Source of the DNA: a virus
Lineage: Duplodnaviria > Heunggongvirae > Uroviricota > Caudoviricetes
DNA length: 8,455 nt
Strand: one strand, 5' to 3'
Virus record (IMG/VR): IMGVR_UViG_2648501730_000017
Shown: positions 1 through 6,443 of the stretch, in pieces
Layout of the letters: each line of letters starts with the position of its first letter
How positions within the stretch are numbered: position 1 is the stretch's first letter
Translations under genes and position numbers: made by a program
The notes under the pieces: model-generated
The model's database searches: none
Told to the model about the DNA's origin: nothing
What the model saw: the letters and a program-made list of their open reading frames with translations, nothing else

Positions 1-1545
1 TCACAGATAAAACACTCTCCAGGAAACCCGGGGCGGTTCAACCATATATTTGAGAGCACTTATCGCCTGCTGGGCGGATATTACTTTCATTAAAGGATAG
101 TGTTTAAAAACAATGCCATTCATAAAATAGATATCACAGGTTTTATTATCCGTATTAATTATGATTTTTTCGAATGTTTTATAGGCAAGTGTACGGCATA
201 ACTCTCGTCCATTTTTACTGGTTAAGTCAATAGCATAAAAATCACTGAATGAATTTACACCTTTACTCTTCAAAGTTTTCAATGATACCGAAGCCCTTCT
301 TAATTCCTTATCTAATAGTCTTATTTTCTCTGCTATAGCGGTAACTTCAGGCGCGACAGACAATGCAACGATTAAATTATTAATTTTCATCTGAAGCTCA
401 ATAATTTTTAACTCTAAAGTTTCATTAGCATCTTTCTTGTTTTCAACTGGTTGAATTTTGCTACAATTAAAAAGCAATTCATTAATGATATTATAATCAA
501 CCAAATCTCTTTTTATTGATGGCCTGTCACATCGATGTAATCTTCTCATCGGACAAACATAATAGCCATGCAAACTTCCAGATACCGCATGAACAATCAT
601 GGTATTACCACAAGCCTCACACTTCATAACTGTTCGAAGTAGATTTATTAGCATAGGATTCTTGCTACTATTGCTAATACCAAAAGGTGCCAACCGAATT
701 TCCTGTACAGCGTAAAACAAATCATCTGATATGACTCTGGGATAATAGCCAGCGATTTCACTTATCCCTTTCCCTCTTGCACGATATGAAGGTACGCATA
801 TACCTATCAGAGCTTTATTCGCTAATAATTTTTCAATTACAGAAGGTCCCCATGCACTTTCTTTTCCTGAGAAATTCTTTACAGCATGATCATTTAAATA
901 CTTGGCTATTGCATTCAATGAGCGCCTTTCCATCCTGAGTTTAAAAATTAGCTCAATAGTTTTCACCCTGTCGGGGTCTGGAACAAAAGCCGTTCTTTTG
1001 TCATCTAAGGAGAGCCATCTCGGACAAGACGCCGTCATAATCGTACCTGATTCCAGTGCATCCTGCCGTTTTTTCTTCCATGATAATTTAACCCGACTTG
1101 ACTTTATCTCGCTTTCTTCATTTGCCCTTTGTGCTATAAGTATGGCTTTTATTAATGAATATGGCTCATTCAAAGAGTCAATGTTATAGACTGTATTGTC
1201 GCAAAGAGTTATAACATCAATACCGTGATTCAAAATCAATTTCAGACGTTCAATCGCTTCACCGACTTTTTCTCTTGAAAGTCTGTCCAGACTTTCAACT
1301 AACAATGTAGTTCCTGGCAATATATAACCATGCTCTATAGCATCTAAAAATTCCGAAAAAGCTCCTGATTGTGCATGCTTTCCTTTGAATGCACTTAATC
1401 CTAAATCTTCATATGTTATGGTATCAAGATAATAATCACTATTTACCTTTAACCATTCAGCAATAAGTCTTCTCTGTCGGTTTAATGAGTCACCAGACAT
1501 CTGACCTGGTGATGAAAATCGCATATATGCTATGGCTTTTTTCAT
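1..1545 (-). CDS. ybcK: Large serine recombinase (resolvase-type catalytic domain, recombinase domain, Cys-rich zinc ribbon); complete 514 aa, stop codon at positions 1-3
   Basis: Supplied translation starts MKKAIAYMRFSSPGQ...SLNRQRR, a serine-recombinase catalytic motif; 514 aa length and the Cys cluster CEACGN...YYVCPMRRLHRCDRP fit large serine recombinases. Position next to emrE matches the emrE-ybcK arrangement of DLP12 as I recall it. Gene is visibly AT-rich relative to the lambda-like genes. Confidence 0.8.
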   Translation of the reverse strand: MKKAIAYMRFSSPGQMSGDSLNRQRRLIAEWLKVNSDYYLDTITYEDLGLSAFKGKHAQSGAFSEFLDAIEHGYILPGTTLLVESLDRLSREKVGEAIERLKLILNHGIDVITLCDNTVYNIDSLNEPYSLIKAILIAQRANEESEIKSSRVKLSWKKKRQDALESGTIMTASCPRWLSLDDKRTAFVPDPDRVKTIELIFKLRMERRSLNAIAKYLNDHAVKNFSGKESAWGPSVIEKLLANKALIGICVPSYRARGKGISEIAGYYPRVISDDLFYAVQEIRLAPFGISNSSKNPMLINLLRTVMKCEACGNTMIVHAVSGSLHGYYVCPMRRLHRCDRPSIKRDLVDYNIINELLFNCSKIQPVENKKDANETLELKIIELQMKINNLIVALSVAPEVTAIAEKIRLLDKELRRASVSLKTLKSKGVNSFSDFYAIDLTSKNGRELCRTLAYKTFEKIIINTDNKTCDIYFMNGIVFKHYPLMKVISAQQAISALKYMVEPPRVSWRVFYL

Positions 1546-1730
1546 GGTGACACCTGCTAACGTATGCTTTTATAAACCTTAGTGGTGGGATATAATTTTT
1601 GTTTAATTTTTATTTAAAAAGACAATTAAGGTCACATTATCTTGAATATACAACAATAATCGTATTGCAATTTTCTTACGCCATAATCTTGAAAGCACAA
1701 AAGAACACATAAAAAAAATAAAGACATTAA

Positions 1731-1771
1731 CAAAAAGCATAAAACGAGGCTCATATAAATATAAGAGCCTC
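1731..1771 (-). terminator. Putative intrinsic terminator about 30 nt downstream of emrE
   Basis: Inverted repeat GAGGCTC (1746-1752) / GAGCCTC (1765-1771) with a 12-nt loop; on the minus strand the hairpin is followed by GTTTTATGCTTTTTG (T-rich). Confidence 0.5.
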
Positions 1772-1802
1772 CATATTTTAGTCGTTTAGAAACAAATTAT
1801 TT

Positions 1803-2135
1803 TTAATGTGGTGTGCTTCGTGACAATAGATTAATAACCAACACACCGGCACAAATTAACATCATGCCTATAATGGCTGGCAGGTCCAGCCGTTGGCCGA
1901 AAAGTCCCCATGACAGTAAGCTAATCAGGACAATACCGACTCCTGACCAGATAGCATAAGCAATCCCTGTAGGAATATAAGCCAGCGTCTGAGCTAATAA
2001 CCAGAATGATGCACAATAACAAATAATTGTACCAACAGATGGCCATAACCGTGTAAAACCTTCTGAAAACTTCATTAAGGTTGTACCAATGACCTCTGCA
2101 AGTATTGCACCACCAAGATAAATATAAGGGTTCAT
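1803..2135 (-). CDS. emrE: SMR-family multidrug efflux transporter EmrE (110 aa)
   Basis: Translation from the internal Met reads MNPYIYLGGAILAEVIGTTLMKFSEGF...LLSRSTPH, matching E. coli EmrE as recalled, including the conserved membrane Glu in helix 1. AGGAAAG ribosome-binding site 8-14 nt upstream of this ATG; the 128-aa ORF in the track is an upstream extension. Confidence 0.9.
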   Translation of the reverse strand: MNPYIYLGGAILAEVIGTTLMKFSEGFTRLWPSVGTIICYCASFWLLAQTLAYIPTGIAYAIWSGVGIVLISLLSWGLFGQRLDLPAIIGMMLICAGVLVINLLSRSTPH

Positions 2136-2202
2136 AGCATATTCTTTCCTGTTCAAACTGGAGAGAATTGTACTACAGTTTGAACTCAACTCACCTGTTT
2201 CA

Positions 2203-2504
2203 TCATTGTGTACCCATTGATGTTCTTTTATATACCCTCAATACCCGTTTCATCGCGGCACTCTGGCGACACTCCTTAAAAATCAGATTCGTGCTCACCT
2301 TTCCTTCCCGTTCTTCTCTGGTAGCGAACCGGTAATACACCGTTCGCCAGACCTTACCATCAACGACCAGGATTCCTGCCCGGCCATTTTAGCCGCAGCC
2401 TGATTTATGCTGGTTACGGTTGCGCCTGTTACCGCGGCAACGTCCTGCGCACAGAAGTTCTTATGAGTCCCCAGGTAATGAATAATTGCCTCTTTGCCCG
2501 TCAT
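2203..2504 (-). pseudogene. ren: ren (lambda Ren-like) inactivated by a frameshift; first ~41 codons intact, remainder readable in another frame
   Basis: ORF 2295-2504 begins MTGKEAIIHYLGTH...VTGATVTSINQAAAKMA as lambda Ren does, then diverges. Shifting frame near 2385 (GCCGGGCAGG where lambda, as recalled, has GCCCGGGCAGG) restores Ren-like ...KVWRTVYYRFATREEREGK...KECRQSAAMKRVL. Start overlaps the P stop by 4 nt as in lambda. Confidence 0.6.
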
Positions 2505-3202
2505 ACACTTGCTCCTTTCAGCCCAAACTTAGCTTTGATTTCTGCGATCTTCGCCAGAGCCTGTGCACGATTTAGAGGTCTACCGCCCATGGCAGGAAGT
2601 TGTTTTACTGGTTCAGGTATAGCCTCACCACGGTTAATTCGCGCGATCATACAGGACAGTTCATCGGCAGCCTTGCGCCGTAATTCCGCGTCAGTCAGCG
2701 CATTGGCTCGCATGTTCTGGTACAGGTTGGTAACCAGCCAGTAGTGCGCGTTTGATTTCCACGGATAAGACTCTGCATCCGGATACAGCCCGCGCTTCCG
2801 GCAATACTCGTAAACCATATCAACCAGCTCGCTGGCGTTTGGCAGCCCGGCGGTAACGGATGCTTCTTCCCGGCACCAGGCGACAAACTGCCCGGGTGAT
2901 GGCAGGAATGGTCGATTCTGCCGACGGGCTACGCGCATTCCTGCGTTAACCTGTTCCATTGTGGTGATCCCGTTTTCCCGGAAAGCCAGAACCCACTGGC
3001 GGCGGATTTCGTTCAGTTCATTCTGGTCACGGTTAGCCAGGCTCGCCGGGAAAGTTGCCAGTAACTGGCTGAACACACCGTTGATGATCTGCGCTACCTG
3101 CTGTACCTGTGGCTTTTCGTCGTACTGTTCCGGCATGTTGTTGGCGATCCGACGCATCTGCTCACAGTCAAAGTTAACCATTTGTGCGGCGATGTTTTTC
3201 AT
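2501..3202 (-). CDS. P: Lambda-type replication protein P (DnaB helicase loader), 233 aa
   Basis: Translation MKNIAAQMVNFD..EQMRRIANNMPEQYDEKPQVQQVAQIING...AKFGLKGASV is near-identical over its full length to lambda P as recalled; same 233-aa length; start overlaps the O stop. Confidence 0.9.
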   Translation of the reverse strand: MKNIAAQMVNFDCEQMRRIANNMPEQYDEKPQVQQVAQIINGVFSQLLATFPASLANRDQNELNEIRRQWVLAFRENGITTMEQVNAGMRVARRQNRPFLPSPGQFVAWCREEASVTAGLPNASELVDMVYEYCRKRGLYPDAESYPWKSNAHYWLVTNLYQNMRANALTDAELRRKAADELSCMIARINRGEAIPEPVKQLPAMGGRPLNRAQALAKIAEIKAKFGLKGASV

Positions 3203-4128
3203 AAATCCACCCCATAAATCCAGTCAGTGTTTGTCAGGTCCAGTTTTGATTTTCCGGCTGTCACTCCAGCCTGTTGCTTGTTACGGTTGATTTCGAGTTG
3301 GGTCCACTTGTCACGGAGTTTGGCCGGACTTAGCACGTTACCGGACCAGAAGTTGTCCTGGCATGCCCAGCGGAACAGCACGCACATGTCGCGGTGGTTA
3401 CGTCCGTCACGTTCACGCATCAGGCGGATATCGTTAGCCCACCCTGCAAAATTCGGTTTTCTGGCTGATGGCGCGATGGTCTTCACCATGTCAAACATCC
3501 ACTCTGCGGCGGTCAGGTCTTCTGCTGTCCCCCACTTGCTGCCGCTCTGAATTGCAGCATCCGGTTTCACCACAGGAAGATCGTTTTCTGGTTGGTCAGA
3601 GGATTCGCCAGAATTCTCGGACGAAAAAGGTTTTATATTGTCTTTTGTTAGTTTGTCTTTTGTGTTTACCTGATTCGGGTAAACGCCTTTACCTGATTTG
3701 GGTAAACTTTTTTTACCTGATTCAGGTAAATTTACCTCTTTCAGGTAAACTTTATTTTTCTTACCTGATTCGGGTAATGTTGACCATTCACTGACCACAT
3801 TATTAATGCCGGTATTCCGCCCGCTCTGAATAAAAATCCCACGCTTTACCAGAACACTTTTTGCAGCAGAACACTTGTGCGGCAATATCCCGGTTAATTC
3901 GGAAAGTTGCTCGTTGCTAACCCAATCCAGTTTTTTATTAAAGCCATATGTTTTGCGCATGACAGCCAGAAAGACCAGAAGCTGGTGCTGTGTTAATCCG
4001 GCCAGCATCACAGCTTCCAGCAACTCATTTGCAATGCGCGTATAACCATCATCGAGATCTGCCACGCGCGGCTCCTTTTGTGCCGCATCCGGCACTGGAA
4101 AATTGAATATCTCAGCAGTGTTTGCCAT
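3199..4128 (-). CDS. O: Lambda-type replication initiator O (309 aa): N-terminal iteron-binding domain diverged from lambda, C-terminal P-interacting domain lambda-like
   Basis: C-terminal half ...ESSDQPENDL.VVKPDAAIQSGSKWGTAEDLTAAEWMFDMVKTIAPSARKPNFAGWANDIRLMRERDGRNHRDMCVLFRWACQDNFWSGNVLSPAKLRDKWTQLEINRNKQQAGVTA...LDLTNTDWIYGVDL matches lambda O as recalled. N-terminus from the internal Met (MANTAEIFNF...VADLDDGY) aligns with the lambda O start and has a GGGAGG ribosome-binding site 5 nt upstream; the 339-aa track ORF is an upstream extension. Confidence 0.85.
   Translation of the reverse strand: MANTAEIFNFPVPDAAQKEPRVADLDDGYTRIANELLEAVMLAGLTQHQLLVFLAVMRKTYGFNKKLDWVSNEQLSELTGILPHKCSAAKSVLVKRGIFIQSGRNTGINNVVSEWSTLPESGKKNKVYLKEVNLPESGKKSLPKSGKGVYPNQVNTKDKLTKDNIKPFSSENSGESSDQPENDLPVVKPDAAIQSGSKWGTAEDLTAAEWMFDMVKTIAPSARKPNFAGWANDIRLMRERDGRNHRDMCVLFRWACQDNFWSGNVLSPAKLRDKWTQLEINRNKQQAGVTAGKSKLDLTNTDWIYGVDL
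3667..3779. repeat. Replication origin iterons: five ~18-bp direct repeats inside O, flanked by an AT-rich stretch (about 3620-3666)
   Basis: Read directly: TACCTGATTCGGGTAAAC (3667-3684), TACCTGATTTGGGTAAAC (3690-3707), TACCTGATTCAGGTAAAT (3714-3731), TACCTCTTTCAGGTAAAC (3733-3750), TACCTGATTCGGGTAATG (3762-3779). Each has TACC...GGTA internal dyad symmetry. Location inside O next to an AT-rich tract mirrors lambda ori. Confidence 0.8.
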
Positions 4129-4214
4129 AATTCCTCCCGCAATGAGTGTGTTACGATTTGCACCTGAAAGTCGGTTCTGTTCCAGCAGACCGGCTTTCGC
4201 CATTTCTGAACCTG

Positions 4215-4754
4215 TCATATCGCCCCCAGCATGGTAGTAACCATCGCCATCAATGGACCAGCCAGATCTGGGTCCACACGAAACATCGACACAATACCTT
4301 CACTAATTTCCTTCAGTTTCTGGTGGCGTGGTGCGTTGAGAATGACAGCCTGTTTTGCCTCACTGAGTTCCTTTTCCATTTCAGCCAACCTAGCCATGAA
4401 GCTATCCTGCTCAACCAGGTAACCGCGATATTCCAGCGGTAGTACCGCCAGAATTGCCGGGGTCAGTTCACGCACGTTATTTCGGTATTTTTCAGAATCG
4501 AATTTGTTATCGAGGAAGCGGAACAGCTTCTGGCGTGCACGGCTGACATCATCAGGGAAATCGATGGTGCCGCCGCCCTGCTCCCGATACTCATTCACAA
4601 TGAGTGTGGCAACGACATCCTGATTATCTACAGCCGACCAGGCGCGGACGGCATCACGGATTTTTTCGTGGCCTGGCACCTGTTTTGTTTGAGAACGATT
4701 TATCACCGCAGTCGGGCTAAATCCGCTAGTCTGTTGGTATGTAAGTGGTTGCAT
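4215..4754 (-). CDS. YdaT-like protein (about 179 aa) in the cII position; probable CII functional analogue
   Basis: Sits between the cro-like gene and O where lambda has cII, but is about twice the length of lambda CII. GGAG ribosome-binding site 7 nt upstream of the ATG. Family assignment is from recalled Rac / CP-933P ydaS-ydaT arrangements, not from a search. Confidence 0.5.
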   Translation of the reverse strand: MQPLTYQQTSGFSPTAVINRSQTKQVPGHEKIRDAVRAWSAVDNQDVVATLIVNEYREQGGGTIDFPDDVSRARQKLFRFLDNKFDSEKYRNNVRELTPAILAVLPLEYRGYLVEQDSFMARLAEMEKELSEAKQAVILNAPRHQKLKEISEGIVSMFRVDPDLAGPLMAMVTTMLGAI

Positions 4755-4798
4755 AATTGACTCCTTTAGTTTGAATTGACTGTTAAGTTGATTGCTTA

Positions 4799-4811
4799 TT
4801 GTTAAAGAGCG
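4799..4811 (-). promoter_or_regulatory. boxA-like element in the nutR position, just downstream of the cro-like stop
   Basis: Minus-strand sequence CGCTCTTTAACAATAAGCAATCA contains GCTCTTTAACAAT, matching the E. coli rrn boxA (TGCTCTTTAACAATTTATCA, as recalled) at 13 consecutive positions; placement matches lambda nutR. Confidence 0.5.
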
Positions 4812-4823
4812 TGAAATGGAAAT

Positions 4824-5054
4824 TTAAGCTGCGTTCTTTTCGGTGTGTGGAAACAACTTCGGAAGATCCGGGCGAATCTGGTATGCCTTCACTACTCCAC
4901 CAGTAGCCGTAACAATGCTGCCGACATGTTCAGGGGATACCTTTGCTTTGTTGTGAAGCCACTTATAGACGGCCTGCTGTGAAACTTCGCAAGCAGCGCC
5001 CAGTTTCTTTTGTGAACCAACGATATTGATCGCTGTTTTGATAGCTGGGTTCAT
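4824..5054 (-). CDS. Cro-like small HTH regulator (76 aa), first gene of the rightward early operon
   Basis: Small protein transcribed divergently from the cI-like repressor; GGAGG ribosome-binding site 5 nt upstream of the ATG; the segment QKKLGAACEVSQQAVYKWL is helix-turn-helix-like. Confidence 0.6.
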   Translation of the reverse strand: MNPAIKTAINIVGSQKKLGAACEVSQQAVYKWLHNKAKVSPEHVGSIVTATGGVVKAYQIRPDLPKLFPHTEKNAA

Positions 5055-5081
5055 AACAACCTCCGTGGTTAATTTGAATCA

Positions 5082-5110
5082 AGATTAAAACTATGGTTGT
5101 TTTTAGTCAA
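5082..5110 (-). promoter_or_regulatory. pR-like promoter: -35 TTGACT, 17-nt spacer, -10 TAATCT, with a 17-bp operator filling the spacer
   Basis: Reverse complement of 5082-5110 reads TTGACT-AAAAACAACCATAGTTT-TAATCT, about 25 nt upstream of the cro-like ATG. Confidence 0.5.
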
Positions 5111-5150
5111 CAACCATTTTCGTTTGATGGAATAAAACCTTGGTTGTACA
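5087..5150. promoter_or_regulatory. OR-like tripartite operator region between the cro-like and cI-like genes
   Basis: Three related sites: 5087-5103 AAAACTATGGTTGTTTT (strongest, in the pR spacer), 5107-5123 TCAACAACCATTTTCGT (weaker), 5134-5150 AAAACCTTGGTTGTACA (next to the cI-like start). Shared half-site AAAACAAC / GTTGTTTT. Confidence 0.5.
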
Positions 5151-5158
5151 TTTGGACT

Positions 5159-5848
5159 ATGAAAACAACACTCTCAGAAAGACTTAAAGAAGCCAGATTA
5201 GCGCGAGGCCTTACACAAAAGGCGCTTGGGGATTTGGTCGGGGTTAGCCAGGCTGCTATTCAGAAAATCGAAACAGGGAAAGCTAATCAAACAACTAAAA
5301 TCGTGGAGATCGCGAACGCTTTGGGTGTGCGCGCAGAATGGTTATCTTCTGGCGTTGGAAATATGTCAGACAGTACAGTGCAACCAATACAATCAACTGT
5401 CAGCCATTCCAAATACTTCAAGATTGACGTTCTTGATATAGAAGTCAGTGCTGGGCCGGGAGTCATCAACCGTGAGTTTGTAGAAGTTCTACGCTCGGTT
5501 GAGTACTCGTTTGACGATGCTCGTCACATGTTCGATGGTAGGAAGGCGGAAAATATCCGCATCATTAACGTGCGTGGTGACAGCATGTCAGGAACGATCG
5601 AACCAGGTGATCTGCTGTTCGTTGATATCACAGTTAAATCTTTCGACGGTGATGGTATCTATGCGTTTCTGTACGACGACACAGCCCATGTAAAGCGCCT
5701 GCAAATGATGAAGGATAAGCTGCTGGTCATCTCTGATAACAAAAGCTACTCACCGTGGGACCCGATCGAGAAAGACGAGATGAACCGGGTGTTCATCTTC
5801 GGTAAGGTTATTGGGAGCATGCCGCAGACATATAGGAAGCATGGGTAG
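5159..5848 (+). CDS. cI-like prophage repressor (229 aa): N-terminal HTH-XRE domain plus C-terminal S24 LexA-like autopeptidase domain
   Basis: From the internal Met: MKTTLSERLKEARLARGLTQKALGDLVGVSQAAIQKIETGK (HTH), then GDSMSGTIEPGDLLFVD with a downstream HVKRL Lys, the Ser/Lys dyad of S24 peptidases. No Shine-Dalgarno before 5159, and a weak TTGATG / TACATT promoter would start transcription near the ATG (leaderless, as lambda cI from pRM). The 5093 start would overlap operator 1. Confidence 0.8.
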   Translation: MKTTLSERLKEARLARGLTQKALGDLVGVSQAAIQKIETGKANQTTKIVEIANALGVRAEWLSSGVGNMSDSTVQPIQSTVSHSKYFKIDVLDIEVSAGPGVINREFVEVLRSVEYSFDDARHMFDGRKAENIRIINVRGDSMSGTIEPGDLLFVDITVKSFDGDGIYAFLYDDTAHVKRLQMMKDKLLVISDNKSYSPWDPIEKDEMNRVFIFGKVIGSMPQTYRKHG

Positions 5849-5969
5849 TACCAATTAAAAATTATCAACTGGGCATTGTGCTCATTCAGTAAAGAACTAA
5901 TTCCTATCTTTGCTCTAGGTAGTAATATTAAGCCACCGCAATAATATCTTTACCTAACGGCGTAAGAAT

Positions 5970-5996
5970 CCCGGTCACCGTGCCGGGTTTTCTTTT
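5970..5996 (+). terminator. Putative intrinsic terminator about 120 nt downstream of the cI-like gene
   Basis: CCCGG (5970-5974) pairs with CCGGG (5983-5987), followed by TTTTCTTTT. Confidence 0.45.
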
Positions 5997-6091
5997 GCCC
6001 TCCCCTCATCACACACACCGTTAAAAAAACCACCATAACCTCGCTTCAGTTATCGCTATGCGATTCAAGTCACAAAATAAATCCATCCTAA

Positions 6092-6166
6092 ATACAACCA
6101 GTTATATCTAAAACAACCAATAAAACAACTTTTGTTGTTGACGATAAAACAACTATGGTTTTAAAT
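6092..6166 (+). promoter_or_regulatory. OL/pL-like operator-promoter cluster driving the kil-gam-bet operon
   Basis: Repeated AAAACAAC motifs (ACAACCA 6094-6100; AAAACAACCA 6110-6119; AAAACAAC-TTTT-GTTGTTG 6122-6140). Promoter TTGACG (6138-6143), 17-nt spacer, TTAAAT (6161-6166); the spacer carries AAAACAACTATGGTTTT (6146-6162), near-identical to the operator in the pR spacer. Confidence 0.5.
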
Positions 6167-6443
6167 AAGTTCATCGCAACAACACAACGATACGGCAACT
6201 ACCTGATTCACCGTTGCGATGACCGCTTAGATCCGCAGTTTGAATTTCAGCAGGCTTCGGGGAGTGCGAGGGGTGAAACGGACGCGTGAACGTCGGTGTG
6301 ACCAGCTGAAATTAACTCAACATTTCATACCTTAGTCGCTTCAACGAGGCGGCTTAGTTATGACAACCGGCGGCCATCCACCGCCTGAATACGCGCAGAA
6401 GTCTCTATATGTTCAGCAGCCCAGCTTACGGGCAGGAGTTTTT

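Noticed and set aside
902-1189. 95-aa plus-strand ORF antisense to the serine recombinase gene
   Set aside because: Entirely inside, and antisense to, a well-supported 514-aa CDS; low-complexity translation, no ribosome-binding site noted; treated as a shadow ORF.
1803-2189. 128-aa version of the emrE ORF with an 18-residue N-terminal extension (MSSNCSTILSSLNRKEYA)
   Set aside because: EmrE homology begins at the internal Met (MNPYIYL...), which has a good ribosome-binding site; the extension is read from ren-derived sequence.
3667-3779. Tandem ~18-bp repeats considered as a possible CRISPR array or generic tandem repeat
   Set aside because: Repeats are adjacent with only 1-12 nt between them rather than separated by unique spacers of about 30 bp; each has internal dyad symmetry and they lie inside O next to an AT-rich tract, the signature of lambdoid ori iterons.
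2463-3794. Plus-strand ORFs 2463-2744, 2961-3290, 3227-3550, 3468-3794 and minus-strand ORF 2695-2886
   Set aside because: All overlap the strongly supported P and O genes in other frames; Cys/Arg/Ser-rich translations typical of out-of-frame reading of GC-balanced coding DNA.
3199-4218. 339-aa version of O with a 30-residue N-terminal extension
   Set aside because: The internal Met at 4128 aligns with the lambda O N-terminus and has a GGGAGG ribosome-binding site; the extension would overlap the YdaT-like gene terminus.
4146-4442. Plus-strand ORFs 4146-4442 and 4231-4422, antisense to the O/YdaT-like junction
   Set aside because: Overlap better-supported minus-strand genes; no independent support.
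4215-5054. Interpreting the cro-like / YdaT-like pair as a toxin-antitoxin module
   Set aside because: Their position directly downstream of pR, between the operators and O, is the cro-cII slot of a lambdoid switch, so a regulatory role is more parsimonious; toxicity cannot be judged from sequence alone.
5226-5693. ORFs 5226-5441 (+), 5287-5469 (-) and 5499-5693 (+) inside the cI-like gene
   Set aside because: Alternative-frame or antisense ORFs within a CDS that has clear HTH and S24 peptidase motifs.
5093-5848. 251-aa version of the cI-like repressor starting MVVFSQQPFSFDG
   Set aside because: The ATG at 5093 lies inside operator site 1 and the pR spacer with no ribosome-binding site; HTH helix 1 begins right after the Met at 5159, which fits a leaderless pRM-type start.
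6167-6443. Search for a lambda-type N gene and nutL (boxA CGCTCTTA plus boxB GCCCTGAAGAAGGGC) downstream of the pL-like promoter
   Set aside because: No N-sized ORF and no boxA/boxB match found by eye (only a 5/8 partial CGCTTAGA); absence is reported as a finding rather than annotating a feature.
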